Shown one piece after another: positions 22,730-33,323 of a DNA stretch of 64,000 nt (positions within the stretch are counted from its first letter, which is position 1; every line of letters begins with the position of its first letter). The notes below the pieces were generated by a model. The model was not told where the DNA came from and did no database searches. It was given only the letters and a program-made list of their open reading frames with translations. The stretch is from the NCBI RefSeq assembly GCF_013167455.1, contig NZ_CP038328.1; one strand, written 5' to 3'. The DNA is from Escherichia coli O157:H7. GTDB lineage: Bacteria > Pseudomonadota > Gammaproteobacteria > Enterobacterales > Enterobacteriaceae. The position numbers were made by a program, and so were the translations under genes.

Positions 22730-24421
22730 ATGAAAACGCTGCTGATTATTGACGCTAATCTCGGTCAGGCACGCGCCTATATGGCGAAGACCCTGCTGGG
22801 CGCGGCGGCGCGAAAAGCAAAACTGGAAATCATCGACAATCCGAACGACGCAGAAATGGCGATTGTTCTCGGTGATTCCATCCCGAATGACAGCGCGCTG
22901 AACGGTAAAAATGTCTGGCTGGGCGATATTTCCCGGGCAGTTGCGCACCCTGAGCTGTTCCTGAGTGAAGCCAAAGGCCATGCGAAACCTTACACTGCGC
23001 CGGTCGCTGCGACAGCACCGGTTGCCGCCAGCGGTCCGAAACGCGTAGTTGCGGTGACTGCTTGCCCGACTGGCGTAGCACACACCTTTATGGCGGCTGA
23101 AGCCATTGAAACCGAAGCGAAAAAACGTGGCTGGTGGGTGAAAGTTGAAACCCGTGGTTCTGTTGGCGCGGGTAATGCAATCACTCCCGAAGAAGTAGCC
23201 GCAGCGGATCTGGTGATTGTGGCGGCAGATATCGAAGTGGATCTGGCGAAATTTGCTGGTAAACCGATGTATCGCACCTCTACCGGTCTGGCGCTGAAGA
23301 AAACCGCGCAGGAACTGGATAAAGCGGTTGCTGAAGCAACGCCGTATGAACCGGCGGGCAAAGCTCAAACGGCGACCTCTGAAGGTAAGAACGAGAGTGC
23401 AGGCGCATACCGTCACTTGCTGACGGGCGTCTCTTACATGCTGCCGATGGTCGTTGCAGGTGGTCTGTGTATCGCGCTTTCTTTTGCTTTTGGTATCGAA
23501 GCGTTTAAAGAGCCGGGTACGTTGGCAGCGGCGCTGATGCAGATTGGTGGTGGTTCAGCCTTTGCGCTGATGGTGCCGGTACTGGCAGGTTATATTGCCT
23601 TCTCCATTGCCGATCGTCCGGGTCTCACGCCGGGTCTGATTGGCGGTATGCTGGCGGTCAGCACCGGTTCTGGCTTCATTGGCGGTATTATTGCGGGCTT
23701 CCTGGCTGGTTACATTGCGAAGTTAATCAGTACGCAACTGAAACTGCCACAGAGTATGGAGGCGCTGAAACCGATCCTGATCATTCCGCTAATTTCCAGT
23801 CTGGTGGTCGGTCTGGCGATGATCTACCTGATCGGTAAACCGGTTGCTGGCATTCTCGAAGGGTTGACTCACTGGCTGCAGACCATGGGGACTGCGAATG
23901 CGGTTCTGCTGGGGGCGATCCTCGGTGGCATGATGTGTACTGACATGGGCGGTCCGGTAAATAAAGCAGCGTACGCATTCGGTGTGGGTCTGCTGAGTAC
24001 TCAAACCTATGGCCCGATGGCGGCGATTATGGCGGCAGGTATGGTGCCACCGCTGGCAATGGGTCTGGCAACAATGGTGGCGCGTCGCAAATTTGACAAA
24101 GCGCAGCAGGAAGGTGGCAAAGCCGCTCTGGTTCTTGGTCTGTGCTTTATTTCGGAAGGTGCAATTCCTTTTGCTGCTCGTGATCCGATGCGTGTGCTGC
24201 CGTGTTGTATCGTTGGTGGGGCGCTGACTGGCGCAATCTCAATGGCGATTGGTGCGAAACTGATGGCACCGCACGGTGGTCTGTTTGTTCTGCTGATCCC
24301 TGGCGCTATTACGCCGGTACTGGGTTACCTGGTAGCAATTATTGCCGGTACGCTGGTGGCGGGTTTGGCCTATGCCTTCCTGAAACGTCCGGAAGTGGAC
24401 GCAGTAGCGAAAGCCGCGTAA
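22730..24421 (+). CDS. fruA: Fructose PTS permease IIB'BC
   Basis: 563-aa ORF with IIB domains and large integral membrane IIC domain. Confidence 0.93.
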   Translation: MKTLLIIDANLGQARAYMAKTLLGAAARKAKLEIIDNPNDAEMAIVLGDSIPNDSALNGKNVWLGDISRAVAHPELFLSEAKGHAKPYTAPVAATAPVAASGPKRVVAVTACPTGVAHTFMAAEAIETEAKKRGWWVKVETRGSVGAGNAITPEEVAAADLVIVAADIEVDLAKFAGKPMYRTSTGLALKKTAQELDKAVAEATPYEPAGKAQTATSEGKNESAGAYRHLLTGVSYMLPMVVAGGLCIALSFAFGIEAFKEPGTLAAALMQIGGGSAFALMVPVLAGYIAFSIADRPGLTPGLIGGMLAVSTGSGFIGGIIAGFLAGYIAKLISTQLKLPQSMEALKPILIIPLISSLVVGLAMIYLIGKPVAGILEGLTHWLQTMGTANAVLLGAILGGMMCTDMGGPVNKAAYAFGVGLLSTQTYGPMAAIMAAGMVPPLAMGLATMVARRKFDKAQQEGGKAALVLGLCFISEGAIPFAARDPMRVLPCCIVGGALTGAISMAIGAKLMAPHGGLFVLLIPGAITPVLGYLVAIIAGTLVAGLAYAFLKRPEVDAVAKAA

Positions 24422-24577
24422 TAAAAGGTGTGTTACAGGGCAGAAATTTACTGCCCCGTATCATTGGATGAGCGCAAAGAGAATGACCGGTTTGTGAATG
24501 TAATTTTATGAATTTAAATGGTTTTATCTTTCAGTAGAAACCTGAAACGTTCATCAAACACTAAGGTTATTTCCTCA

Positions 24578-24606
24578 AGGGCAGATTCTTTTCTGCCCTT
24601 TTTTAG
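24578..24606 (+). terminator. Rho-independent terminator downstream of fruA
   Basis: agggcag-attcttt-tctgccct followed by ttttt. Confidence 0.65.
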
Positions 24607-24844
24607 TGTTCATGTTCTGTGCATCCCGTCACAAATTCCTCGCTTTTGTAATTCAGGCATTTAATCGCATTTTGTGAGCCTGCTCAAATCTGCCCGCTTT
24701 GCCTCTCTGGCGGCAATTTACTTTACGTAAAACATGCATACTATGAGCACATGTTTAAATATGAACACATGTTTAAACCGTCTTTGCAGTATCTATATCC
24801 TTGTGGATTGACAGGGTTGGTAATTTTTTACCAGAGGACGTGCT

Positions 24845-25786
24845 ATGCGCGAAAAGGATTATGTCGTAATTATAGGCTCGGCGAATATTGATGTCGCCGG
24901 ATATTCACATGAATCATTAAATTATGCGGATTCAAATCCAGGTAAAATAAAATTTACGCCTGGTGGGGTAGGGCGCAATATTGCACAAAACCTGGCGTTG
25001 CTGGGTAATAAAGCCTGGCTACTGAGCGCCGTAGGCAGTGATTTTTATGGCCAATCGCTGCTAACGCAAACCAATCAATCTGGCGTTTATGTCGATAAAT
25101 GCCTGATTGTGCCGGGAGAAAATACGTCGAGCTATTTATCATTACTCGATAATACCGGTGAAATGCTGGTTGCTATAAATGACATGAATATTAGCAACGC
25201 TATTACAGCTGAATATCTCGCACAGCACCGTGAATTTATTCAGAGGGCAAAGGTCATTGTCGCGGACTGTAATATCAGTGAAGAGGCACTGGCATGGATT
25301 CTGGATAATGCTGCCAACGTACCCGTATTTGTCGATCCGGTTTCCGCGTGGAAATGCGTCAAAGTACGCGAGCGATTAAGTCAAATCCATACTCTCAAGC
25401 CAAACCGCCTTGAAGCGGAAACCCTGAGTGGGATTGCGCTGTCAGGGCGTGAAGATGTGGCAAAAGTTGCTGCCTGGTTCCATCAACATGGCCTGAACCG
25501 ACTGGTATTGAGCATGGGCGGCGACGGCGTTTATTACAGCGATATCAGCGGTGAAAGTGGCTGGTCTGCGCCGATCAAAACCAATGTTATTAATGTTACC
25601 GGAGCGGGCGATGCCATGATGGCGGGACTTGCTTCGTGTTGGGTAGACGGAATGCCGTTTGCCGAATCTGTTCGTTTCGCACAGGGATGTTCGTCAATGG
25701 CGCTCTCCTGTGAATACACCAATAACCCCGATTTATCGATTGCCAACGTTATATCGTTAGTGGAGAACGCAGAATGTCTGAATTAA
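24845..25786 (+). CDS. psuK: Pseudouridine kinase (PfkB family)
   Basis: 313-aa ORF MREKDYVVIIGSANIDVAGYS...; overlaps psuG by 13 bp. Confidence 0.9.
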   Translation: MREKDYVVIIGSANIDVAGYSHESLNYADSNPGKIKFTPGGVGRNIAQNLALLGNKAWLLSAVGSDFYGQSLLTQTNQSGVYVDKCLIVPGENTSSYLSLLDNTGEMLVAINDMNISNAITAEYLAQHREFIQRAKVIVADCNISEEALAWILDNAANVPVFVDPVSAWKCVKVRERLSQIHTLKPNRLEAETLSGIALSGREDVAKVAAWFHQHGLNRLVLSMGGDGVYYSDISGESGWSAPIKTNVINVTGAGDAMMAGLASCWVDGMPFAESVRFAQGCSSMALSCEYTNNPDLSIANVISLVENAECLN

Positions 25787-26712
25787 AAATTTCCCCTGAA
25801 TTATTACAAATTTCCCCGGAAGTGCAGGACGCTTTAAAAAACAAAAAACCGGTTGTGGCGCTGGAATCGACCATTATTTCTCACGGGATGCCGTTCCCAC
25901 AAAATGCCCAGACCGCAATTGAAGTAGAAGAAACTATTCGTAAACAGGGCGCAGTACCTGCCACTATCGCCATTATTGGCGGCGTGATGAAAGTGGGTTT
26001 AAGCAAAGAAGAAATTGAATTACTGGGTCGTGAAGGGCATAACGTGACTAAAGTTAGTCGTCGCGATTTACCTTTTGTCGTTGCCGCAGGAAAAAATGGT
26101 GCAACCACCGTGGCTTCAACGATGATTATTGCGGCGCTTGCCGGAATTAAAGTATTTGCCACCGGCGGAATTGGTGGTGTTCATCGAGGGGCGGAACATA
26201 CCTTCGATATTTCTGCCGATTTGCAAGAACTGGCAAATACTAATGTCACCGTTGTTTGTGCCGGGGCGAAATCTATTCTCGATTTAGGATTAACCACTGA
26301 GTATTTAGAAACCTTCGGTGTGCCGTTAATTGGCTATCAGACTAAAGCGCTACCTGCGTTTTTCTGCCGTACCAGCCCGTTTGACGTCAGCATTCGTCTC
26401 GACAGCGCCAGTGAAATTGCCCGTGCAATGGCGGTGAAATGGCAAAGCGGGCTGAACGGTGGCCTCGTGGTAGCGAACCCGATCCCGGAACAGTTTGCGA
26501 TGCCAGAACACACTATCAATGCGGTGATCGATCAGGCGGTAGCTGAAGCTGAAGCGCAGGGTGTTATTGGTAAAGAAAGTACGCCATTCCTGCTGGCGCG
26601 CGTTGCTGAGCTGACCGGCGGTGACAGCCTGAAATCCAACATCCAGCTTGTGTTCAACAACGCCATTCTGGCGAGCGAAATTGCCAAAGAATATCAGCGT
26701 CTCGCGGGTTAA
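25774..26712 (+). CDS. psuG: Pseudouridine-5'-phosphate glycosidase
   Basis: 312-aa ORF of the IndA/YeiN family. Confidence 0.9.
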   Translation: MSELKISPELLQISPEVQDALKNKKPVVALESTIISHGMPFPQNAQTAIEVEETIRKQGAVPATIAIIGGVMKVGLSKEEIELLGREGHNVTKVSRRDLPFVVAAGKNGATTVASTMIIAALAGIKVFATGGIGGVHRGAEHTFDISADLQELANTNVTVVCAGAKSILDLGLTTEYLETFGVPLIGYQTKALPAFFCRTSPFDVSIRLDSASEIARAMAVKWQSGLNGGLVVANPIPEQFAMPEHTINAVIDQAVAEAEAQGVIGKESTPFLLARVAELTGGDSLKSNIQLVFNNAILASEIAKEYQRLAG

Positions 26713-26805
26713 TTTCTGACGGGCAGAAAGCCGTCGCCCGTACTCATCAAACATACCGAAACCTGGCGCTGACGCCGGGTTTACTGGCATGAAGGGAAAA
26801 TCATT

Positions 26806-28056
26806 ATGGACATAATGAGAAGTGTTGTGGGGATGGTGGTGTTACTGGCAATAGCATTTCTGTTGTCAGTGAATAAAAAGAGCATCAGTTTGCGTACGGT
26901 TGCAGCCGCACTACTGCTGCAAATTGCTCTTGGTGGCATCATGCTCTATTTTCCGCCGGGAAAGTGGGCTGTAGAACAGGCGGCATTAGGCGTTCATAAA
27001 GTGATGTCTTACAGTGATGCTGGTAGCGCCTTCATTTTTGGTTCGCTGGTCGGGCCGAAAATGGATGTCCTCTTTGACGGTGCGGGTTTTATCTTCGCCT
27101 TTCGCGTACTTCCGGCGATTATCTTCGTCACTGCGCTCATTAGTCTGCTGTACTACATTGGCGTGATGGGGCTGCTGATTCGCATCCTTGGCAGCATTTT
27201 CCAGAAAGCCCTCAACATCAGCAAAATCGAATCTTTTGTCGCAGTCACCACTATTTTCCTCGGGCAAAATGAGATCCCGGCGATCGTTAAACCGTTTATC
27301 GATCGCATGAATCGAAACGAGTTGTTTACGGCTATTTGTAGCGGGATGGCGTCCATTGCTGGTTCGATGATGATTGGTTATGCCGGAATGGGCGTACCAA
27401 TTGACTACCTGTTGGCGGCATCGCTGATGGCGATCCCCGGCGGTATTTTGTTTGCACGTATTCTTAGTCCAGCAACCGAGCTTTCGCAGGTCACGTTTGA
27501 AAATCTGTCGTTCAGCGAAACGCCGCCAAAAAGCTTTATCGAAGCAGCGGCGAGCGGTGCGATGACCGGGCTGAAAATCGCCGCTGGTGTGGCGACGGTG
27601 GTAATGGCATTTGTGGCAATTATTGCGCTGATCAACGGCATTATCGGCGGAATTGGCGGCTGGTTTGGCTTCGCCAATGCTTCTCTGGAAAGTATTTTTG
27701 GCTATGTGCTGGCACCGCTGGCGTGGATCATGGGTGTGGACTGGAGTGATGCCAACCTTGCGGGTAGCCTGATTGGGCAGAAACTGGCGATTAACGAATT
27801 CGTCGCTTACCTGAGTTTCTCCCCATACCTGCAAACGGGCGGCACGCTGGAAGTGAAAACCATTGCGATTATCTCCTTTGCGCTTTGTGGTTTTGCTAAC
27901 TTTGGTTCTATCGGTGTTGTCGTTGGGGCATTTTCGGCTATTTCGCCAAAACGCGCACCGGAAATCGCTCAGCTTGGTTTACGGGCGCTGGCAGCAGCAA
28001 CGCTTTCCAACCTGATGAGCGCGACCATTGCCGGGTTCTTTATTGGTCTGGCGTAA
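26806..28056 (+). CDS. psuT: NupC-family nucleoside (pseudouridine) transporter
   Basis: 416-aa CNT-family ORF, close paralog of the ORF at 29996-31246. Confidence 0.9.
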   Translation: MDIMRSVVGMVVLLAIAFLLSVNKKSISLRTVAAALLLQIALGGIMLYFPPGKWAVEQAALGVHKVMSYSDAGSAFIFGSLVGPKMDVLFDGAGFIFAFRVLPAIIFVTALISLLYYIGVMGLLIRILGSIFQKALNISKIESFVAVTTIFLGQNEIPAIVKPFIDRMNRNELFTAICSGMASIAGSMMIGYAGMGVPIDYLLAASLMAIPGGILFARILSPATELSQVTFENLSFSETPPKSFIEAAASGAMTGLKIAAGVATVVMAFVAIIALINGIIGGIGGWFGFANASLESIFGYVLAPLAWIMGVDWSDANLAGSLIGQKLAINEFVAYLSFSPYLQTGGTLEVKTIAIISFALCGFANFGSIGVVVGAFSAISPKRAPEIAQLGLRALAAATLSNLMSATIAGFFIGLA

Positions 28057-28065
28057 TGCTCAATT

Positions 28066-28106
28066 TGTAGACCGGATAAAACGCATCAAGCGTTGCATCC
28101 GGCAAT
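28066..28106. repeat. REP-like palindromic element downstream of psuT
   Basis: accggataaaacgcatcaagcgttgcatccggc, inverted ccggat/atccgg arms. Confidence 0.55.
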
Positions 28107-28126
28107 CGCGCTATTGCAAATAATTT

Positions 28127-28786
28127 TTACTGCATCATCCCGGAGAATTTATTCTCCGGGTCCATCTCCAGTGCCAGCCCTGACAACTGCTTTCTGTTTT
28201 TAATTAGATATCCTTTCTTGCTTTTAATTAATAAACCGTCGTGAATGAATTGCGCGAGAACATATAAAAGATGTCGATAAGAAACGCCTAAATACTCTGC
28301 CGCTTGCGTATGCTTTTCGTGATAAAGATCACCTTCTTGTGAGAGTAATATAAATGCTGCCAGGCGATTCACTAACGGAAATGATTGATTCTGAGTTAAA
28401 GAAACAATATTACGATAATTTTTATGACTTAAGGTGACGCAAAGTTTTCGTAAAAATAGGGTGTCGTTTAATAACAGCGGACGGTAATGTTTCATAGGGA
28501 GCGCAAGGCACCAACACTCTTCAATAGCCTGTACCGCACGCGGTTCATGGTCTTTATCGATTAACTCAATCTCACCAATAAAACAGGGGGCGGCAAAGAA
28601 ATCGATCAGCGACACGCGACCATTAGCTAGCGTGGCGTAAAGCCTGGCGCGGCCTCGCGTCAGGTAAAACAGCCAGGACGGCTGTTGCCCTTCCTGCACA
28701 ATGTAGTCACGCGCTAAAAAATGAAACAGCCGCGTATCGGCTGAAACATCCGTTAAAAAGCAATCCTTAAACGCGGATTCACTCAT
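28127..28786 (-). CDS. yeiL: CRP/FNR-family transcriptional regulator YeiL
   Basis: 219-aa product from [10 protein letters not shown]; cNMP-binding-like domain plus C-terminal HTH; 13-codon upstream extension in the track ORF. Confidence 0.85.
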
Positions 28787-28954
28787 CAATTGCTGCTTAA
28801 GATCATTATTGTGGATTTCTTTCACGATGTTTATCCGCTATGAGATTTCTCATATTTAGCATACGTACGCTGTTGTTAAGATTCAATCATCGGCCCGATC
28901 GAAATTTCTTTGCTGTAGAAAAAATAACGCAACTGGAAACAGAGGAAATAAACA

Positions 28955-29896
28955 ATGGAAAAGAGAAAAATTATTCTGGATTGTGATCCGGGTCATGATG
29001 ATGCTATTGCTATAATGATGGCGGCGAAACATCCGGCAATAGATTTATTAGGCATCACTATTGTAGCGGGTAATCAGACGCTTGATAAAACATTAATTAA
29101 TGGCCTGAATGTTTGCCAGAAACTGGAGATTAATGTTCCGGTTTATGCGGGGATGCCACAACCCATTATGCGGCAACAAATCGTTGCCGATAATATTCAC
29201 GGTGATACCGGACTGGATGGCCCGGTATTCGAGCCGCTGACCCGCCAGGCAGAAAGCACTCATGCGGTGAAATACATCATTGATACCCTGATGGCAAGCG
29301 ATGGCGATATCACTCTGGTGCCGGTTGGTCCGCTTTCAAATATCGCGGTGGCAATGCGTATGCAACCCGCGATCCTGCCCAAAATCCGTGAAATTGTGCT
29401 AATGGGCGGCGCTTACGGTACAGGCAACTTCACGCCATCTGCCGAGTTCAACATCTTTGCTGACCCGGAAGCCGCACGCGTGGTGTTCACCTCTGGCGTT
29501 CCATTAGTGATGATGGGCCTCGATCTCACCAACCAGACCGTTTGCACCCCGGACGTGATTGCACGAATGGAAAGGGCAGGCGGCCCTGCCGGAGAGCTGT
29601 TCAGCGACATCATGAACTTCACTCTCAAAACCCAGTTCGAAAACTACGGCCTGGCTGGCGGCCCGGTGCACGACGCCACCTGCATCGGTTATCTGATTAA
29701 CCCTGATGGCATTAAAACCCAGGAGATGTACGTCGAAGTGGACGTCAACAGTGGCCCTTGTTATGGGCGTACCGTCTGCGACGAGCTGGGCGTTCTTGGC
29801 AAGCCCGCTAATACCAAAGTCGGCATCACTATTGATAGCGACTGGTTCTGGGGCTTAGTCGAAGAGTGCGTGCGCGGCTACATCAAAACCCATTAA
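28955..29896 (+). CDS. rihB: Pyrimidine-specific ribonucleoside hydrolase
   Basis: 313-aa ORF with DCDPGHDD nucleoside hydrolase signature. Confidence 0.9.
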   Translation: MEKRKIILDCDPGHDDAIAIMMAAKHPAIDLLGITIVAGNQTLDKTLINGLNVCQKLEINVPVYAGMPQPIMRQQIVADNIHGDTGLDGPVFEPLTRQAESTHAVKYIIDTLMASDGDITLVPVGPLSNIAVAMRMQPAILPKIREIVLMGGAYGTGNFTPSAEFNIFADPEAARVVFTSGVPLVMMGLDLTNQTVCTPDVIARMERAGGPAGELFSDIMNFTLKTQFENYGLAGGPVHDATCIGYLINPDGIKTQEMYVEVDVNSGPCYGRTVCDELGVLGKPANTKVGITIDSDWFWGLVEECVRGYIKTH

Positions 29897-29995
29897 GTGT
29901 TGATAACAAGCCGGGCCGGTATCGCAAGATGCAGGCCTGGCTATTTCTGATGGGCAGAAAGCCGTCGCCCAATATGACATGAAGAGATAATCACT

Positions 29996-31246
29996 ATGGA
30001 TGTCATGAGAAGTGTTCTGGGAATGGTGGTATTGCTGACGATTGCGTTTTTACTGTCAGTAAACAAGAAGAAGATCAGCCTGCGTACCGTTGGCGCGGCG
30101 TTAGTGTTACAGGTCGTGATTGGCGGCATTATGCTTTGGTTACCGCCAGGGCGTTGGGTCGCTGAAAAAGTCGCTTTTGGTGTGCATAAAGTGATGGCGT
30201 ACAGCGACGCGGGTAGCGCATTTATCTTCGGTTCTCTGGTCGGACCGAAAATGGACACCTTATTTGATGGCGCAGGATTTATCTTTGGTTTCAGGGTATT
30301 ACCGGCAATTATCTTCGTCACTGCACTGGTGAGTATTCTCTACTACATCGGTGTGATGGGGATTTTAATTCGCATTCTCGGCGGTATATTCCAGAAAGCA
30401 TTAAATATCAGCAAGATTGAGTCATTCGTCGCGGTCACTACCATTTTCCTCGGGCAAAACGAAATTCCGGCGATTGTGAAGCCCTTTATCGATCGGCTGA
30501 ATCGCAATGAATTATTTACAGCGATTTGTAGCGGCATGGCCTCGATTGCTGGTTCGACAATGATTGGTTATGCCGCACTGGGCGTGCCTGTGGAATATTT
30601 GCTGGCGGCATCGTTAATGGCGATCCCCGGGGGGATCTTGTTTGCCCGCCTGCTAAGCCCGGCTACGGAATCTTCGCAGGTTTCTTTTAATAACCTCTCT
30701 TTCACCGAAACACCGCCAAAAAGCATTATTGAAGCCGCCGCGACAGGGGCAATGACCGGGCTGAAAATCGCCGCAGGTGTGGCGACAGTAGTGATGGCAT
30801 TCGTCGCCATCATTGCGTTAATTAACGGTATTATCGGCGGCGTTGGCGGCTGGTTTGGTTTTGAACATGCCTCGCTGGAGTCCATTGTAGGTTATCTGCT
30901 GGCCCCACTGGCGTGGGTAATGGGTGTTGACTGGAGTGATGCGAATCTTGCCGGGAGTTTGATTGGACAGAAACTGGCAATAAATGAATTTGTCGCTTAT
31001 CTCAATTTCTCACCCTATCTGCAAACGGCTGGCACTCTGGATGCTAAAACCGTGGCGATTATTTCCTTCGCGTTGTGCGGTTTCGCTAACTTTGGTTCTA
31101 TCGGGGTGGTGGTGGGGGCGTTTTCTGCGGTTGCGCCACACCGTGCGCCGGAAATCGCCCAGCTTGGTTTACGCGCGCTGGCGGCGGCGACACTTTCTAA
31201 CCTGATGAGTGCCACCATTGCCGGGTTCTTTATTGGTTTAGCGTAG
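29996..31246 (+). CDS. nupX: NupC-family nucleoside transporter
   Basis: 416-aa ORF, highly similar along its full length to the psuT product. Confidence 0.9.
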   Translation: MDVMRSVLGMVVLLTIAFLLSVNKKKISLRTVGAALVLQVVIGGIMLWLPPGRWVAEKVAFGVHKVMAYSDAGSAFIFGSLVGPKMDTLFDGAGFIFGFRVLPAIIFVTALVSILYYIGVMGILIRILGGIFQKALNISKIESFVAVTTIFLGQNEIPAIVKPFIDRLNRNELFTAICSGMASIAGSTMIGYAALGVPVEYLLAASLMAIPGGILFARLLSPATESSQVSFNNLSFTETPPKSIIEAAATGAMTGLKIAAGVATVVMAFVAIIALINGIIGGVGGWFGFEHASLESIVGYLLAPLAWVMGVDWSDANLAGSLIGQKLAINEFVAYLNFSPYLQTAGTLDAKTVAIISFALCGFANFGSIGVVVGAFSAVAPHRAPEIAQLGLRALAAATLSNLMSATIAGFFIGLA

Positions 31247-31260
31247 TGTGCGATTTATGA

Positions 31261-31295
31261 GCCGGATAAGATGCGGTCAAGCGTCGAATCCGGCA
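31261..31295. repeat. REP-like palindromic element downstream of nupX
   Basis: gccggataagatgcggtcaagcgtcgaatccggca. Confidence 0.55.
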
Positions 31296-31301
31296 ACATT
31301 G

Positions 31302-32390
31302 TTACACCATTGGCACTAATGAAAGCGCGTTATCGGCAGACAGGGTAGGGTTGTTTAAGCTGCCGCTGGCGCGTGAAATTGCCGCGCAGGCCATCGCAAA
31401 ACGGGCGCTGTCACGGAAATTGTTTCCTTCCAGAAAGCTATATACCAGGCCCGCCATAAAACCATCGTCAGCACCAAAACTGTCTACTGTCGTATGCGCT
31501 GGTGCGGTCAGCAAAAATTGTTCTCCATCCTTTTCGCTGCAATAAACTGACTCATCGGGCAAATAAACAAACAGTTGCTGAACACCTTGCTGATGCAACG
31601 CATTCACTGCAGCATTACGGTCAGCATCGCTGGTGATCGCCTGTCCCCATAAAATTTCCAGCTCCGGTAAAGTGGGTTTCAGGGTGTGAATATGCGCCAG
31701 CCAGTGTTTGATTTTGCCCGCTTTGAATTCTGAAACGGTATCGACAAACACCGGGATCTCACCAGCGAGGGTAAAGACCCATTCCAGCGCCTCGGCTGTC
31801 AGGTTGCAATCAGCCAGTACCACGCCCGCATGACGAAGTAAATCGCGCGACCCGTTCAATAATTGCGGCGATAACTGTTCCAGCAGATGGGTATCGTTAA
31901 TCGCCAGCACGGTTTCATCGTCTCGATTGGCAATTGCCAGATACGTCGATGTGCTTTGACCATGTAAACGAACGCAGCCGGAGACATTCACGCCGGCGCG
32001 GCGCGTTTCTTCCAGGAGCATTTCGCCATAAAAGTCATCGCCAATCACTGAAAGCAAATGGACGTCACGGCCTAACAGCGCCAGATTGTGGGCGATGTTG
32101 CGTCCCACGCCGCCCGCTGAGCAATGAATTGTACCGGGATGAGAAGCCGATTGCGGGTAACGGATATCCGCCATCCCGCGAATATCCATATTGATTGTCC
32201 CCACCACTACGCAGTATTCCTGCTCGGTGAGAATGTAACCTTTGCCTTTAATCCGGCCTTTGCGCATTAAATCCATAATATGCGCCGCAACGCGCGAACG
32301 GCTGATTTGCAGCATGTCCGCAATTTCGTTCTGCTGAATCAGCGGGTTACGCCGTAAAATTGCAAGGATCTCCTTTTCCCGGTTATTCAT
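31302..32390 (-). CDS. yeiI: HTH-domain-containing PfkB-family sugar/nucleoside kinase YeiI
   Basis: 362-aa ORF with N-terminal HTH and PfkB kinase domain paralogous to PsuK. Confidence 0.88.
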   Translation of the reverse strand: MNNREKEILAILRRNPLIQQNEIADMLQISRSRVAAHIMDLMRKGRIKGKGYILTEQEYCVVVGTINMDIRGMADIRYPQSASHPGTIHCSAGGVGRNIAHNLALLGRDVHLLSVIGDDFYGEMLLEETRRAGVNVSGCVRLHGQSTSTYLAIANRDDETVLAINDTHLLEQLSPQLLNGSRDLLRHAGVVLADCNLTAEALEWVFTLAGEIPVFVDTVSEFKAGKIKHWLAHIHTLKPTLPELEILWGQAITSDADRNAAVNALHQQGVQQLFVYLPDESVYCSEKDGEQFLLTAPAHTTVDSFGADDGFMAGLVYSFLEGNNFRDSARFAMACAAISRASGSLNNPTLSADNALSLVPMV

Positions 32391-32392
32391 CT

Positions 32393-33250
32393 TCAGGCTA
32401 CCGCTTTTTCAGTTTGTTGCGCTTTCAGCCAGGCGATCTCTTCTGCCCAGATATCCGGGTTGATGGTTTCGAGGATCAGCGGAATGCCGTCGAAACGGTC
32501 GTCCTGCATGATCCAGCGGAACGCATCATGACCGATATTGCCTTCACCGAGGCTATGATGGCGGTCAACGCGGCTGCCAAAGGTGCTTTTCGCATCGTTA
32601 AGGTGCATCCCGCGCAGATACTTAAAGCCGACAGTACGGGCAAAATCCGCGAATGTTTTCTCGCATTCGGCTGGAGTACGCAAATCATACCCGGCAGCGA
32701 AAGCATGGCAGGTATCAATGCAGACGCCGACGCGGGATTTATCTTCCACGCCGTCGATAATCGCCGCGAGATGTTCGAATTTAAACCCTAAGTTACTGCC
32801 CTGACCGGCGGTGTTTTCTATCACCGCTGTCACACCTTGAGTTTTATCCAGCGCAATGTTGATGGATTCGGCAATACGCGCAAGGCAATCCTCTTCTGAA
32901 ATCTGCATCAGATGGCTGCCAGGGTGGAAGTTGAGCAAAGAAAGCCCCAGCTGTTCGCAACGCTGCATTTCATCTATAAAGGCATCGCGCGATTTTTCCA
33001 GAGCTTCAGTGACCGGATGTCCGAGGTTAATCAGATAACTGTCGTGGGGAAGAATTTGCGCCGATGTGTAGTGATATTTTTCACAGGCGGCTTTGAATTC
33101 ATCGATGGTTTGCGTCGTGAGCGGTGCGGCACGCCACTGACGTTGGTTTTTGGTGAACAAGGCAAACGCGGTTGCGTCGATTTCGGCGGCGCGAATTGCG
33201 GCATTTGCCAGACCGCCAGCAGCACTAACGTGCGCTCCAATGTATTTCAT
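32393..33250 (-). CDS. nfo: Endonuclease IV (AP endonuclease)
   Basis: 285-aa [24 protein letters not shown]..., xylose-isomerase-like TIM barrel. Confidence 0.93.
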
Positions 33251-33323
33251 GCGAGGACTCCTGTTAAACCCGCTGGAGGAAAACGGTAATGATAGCGGGT
33301 TAACAGGAGCAAGATGTAGTGGT

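Noticed and set aside
24438-24456. Hairpin gggcag-aaattta-ctgccc right after the fruA stop as the fruA terminator
   Set aside because: No T-tract follows it; the hairpin at 24578-24606 with a T-run is a better intrinsic terminator, so the first hairpin is left unannotated
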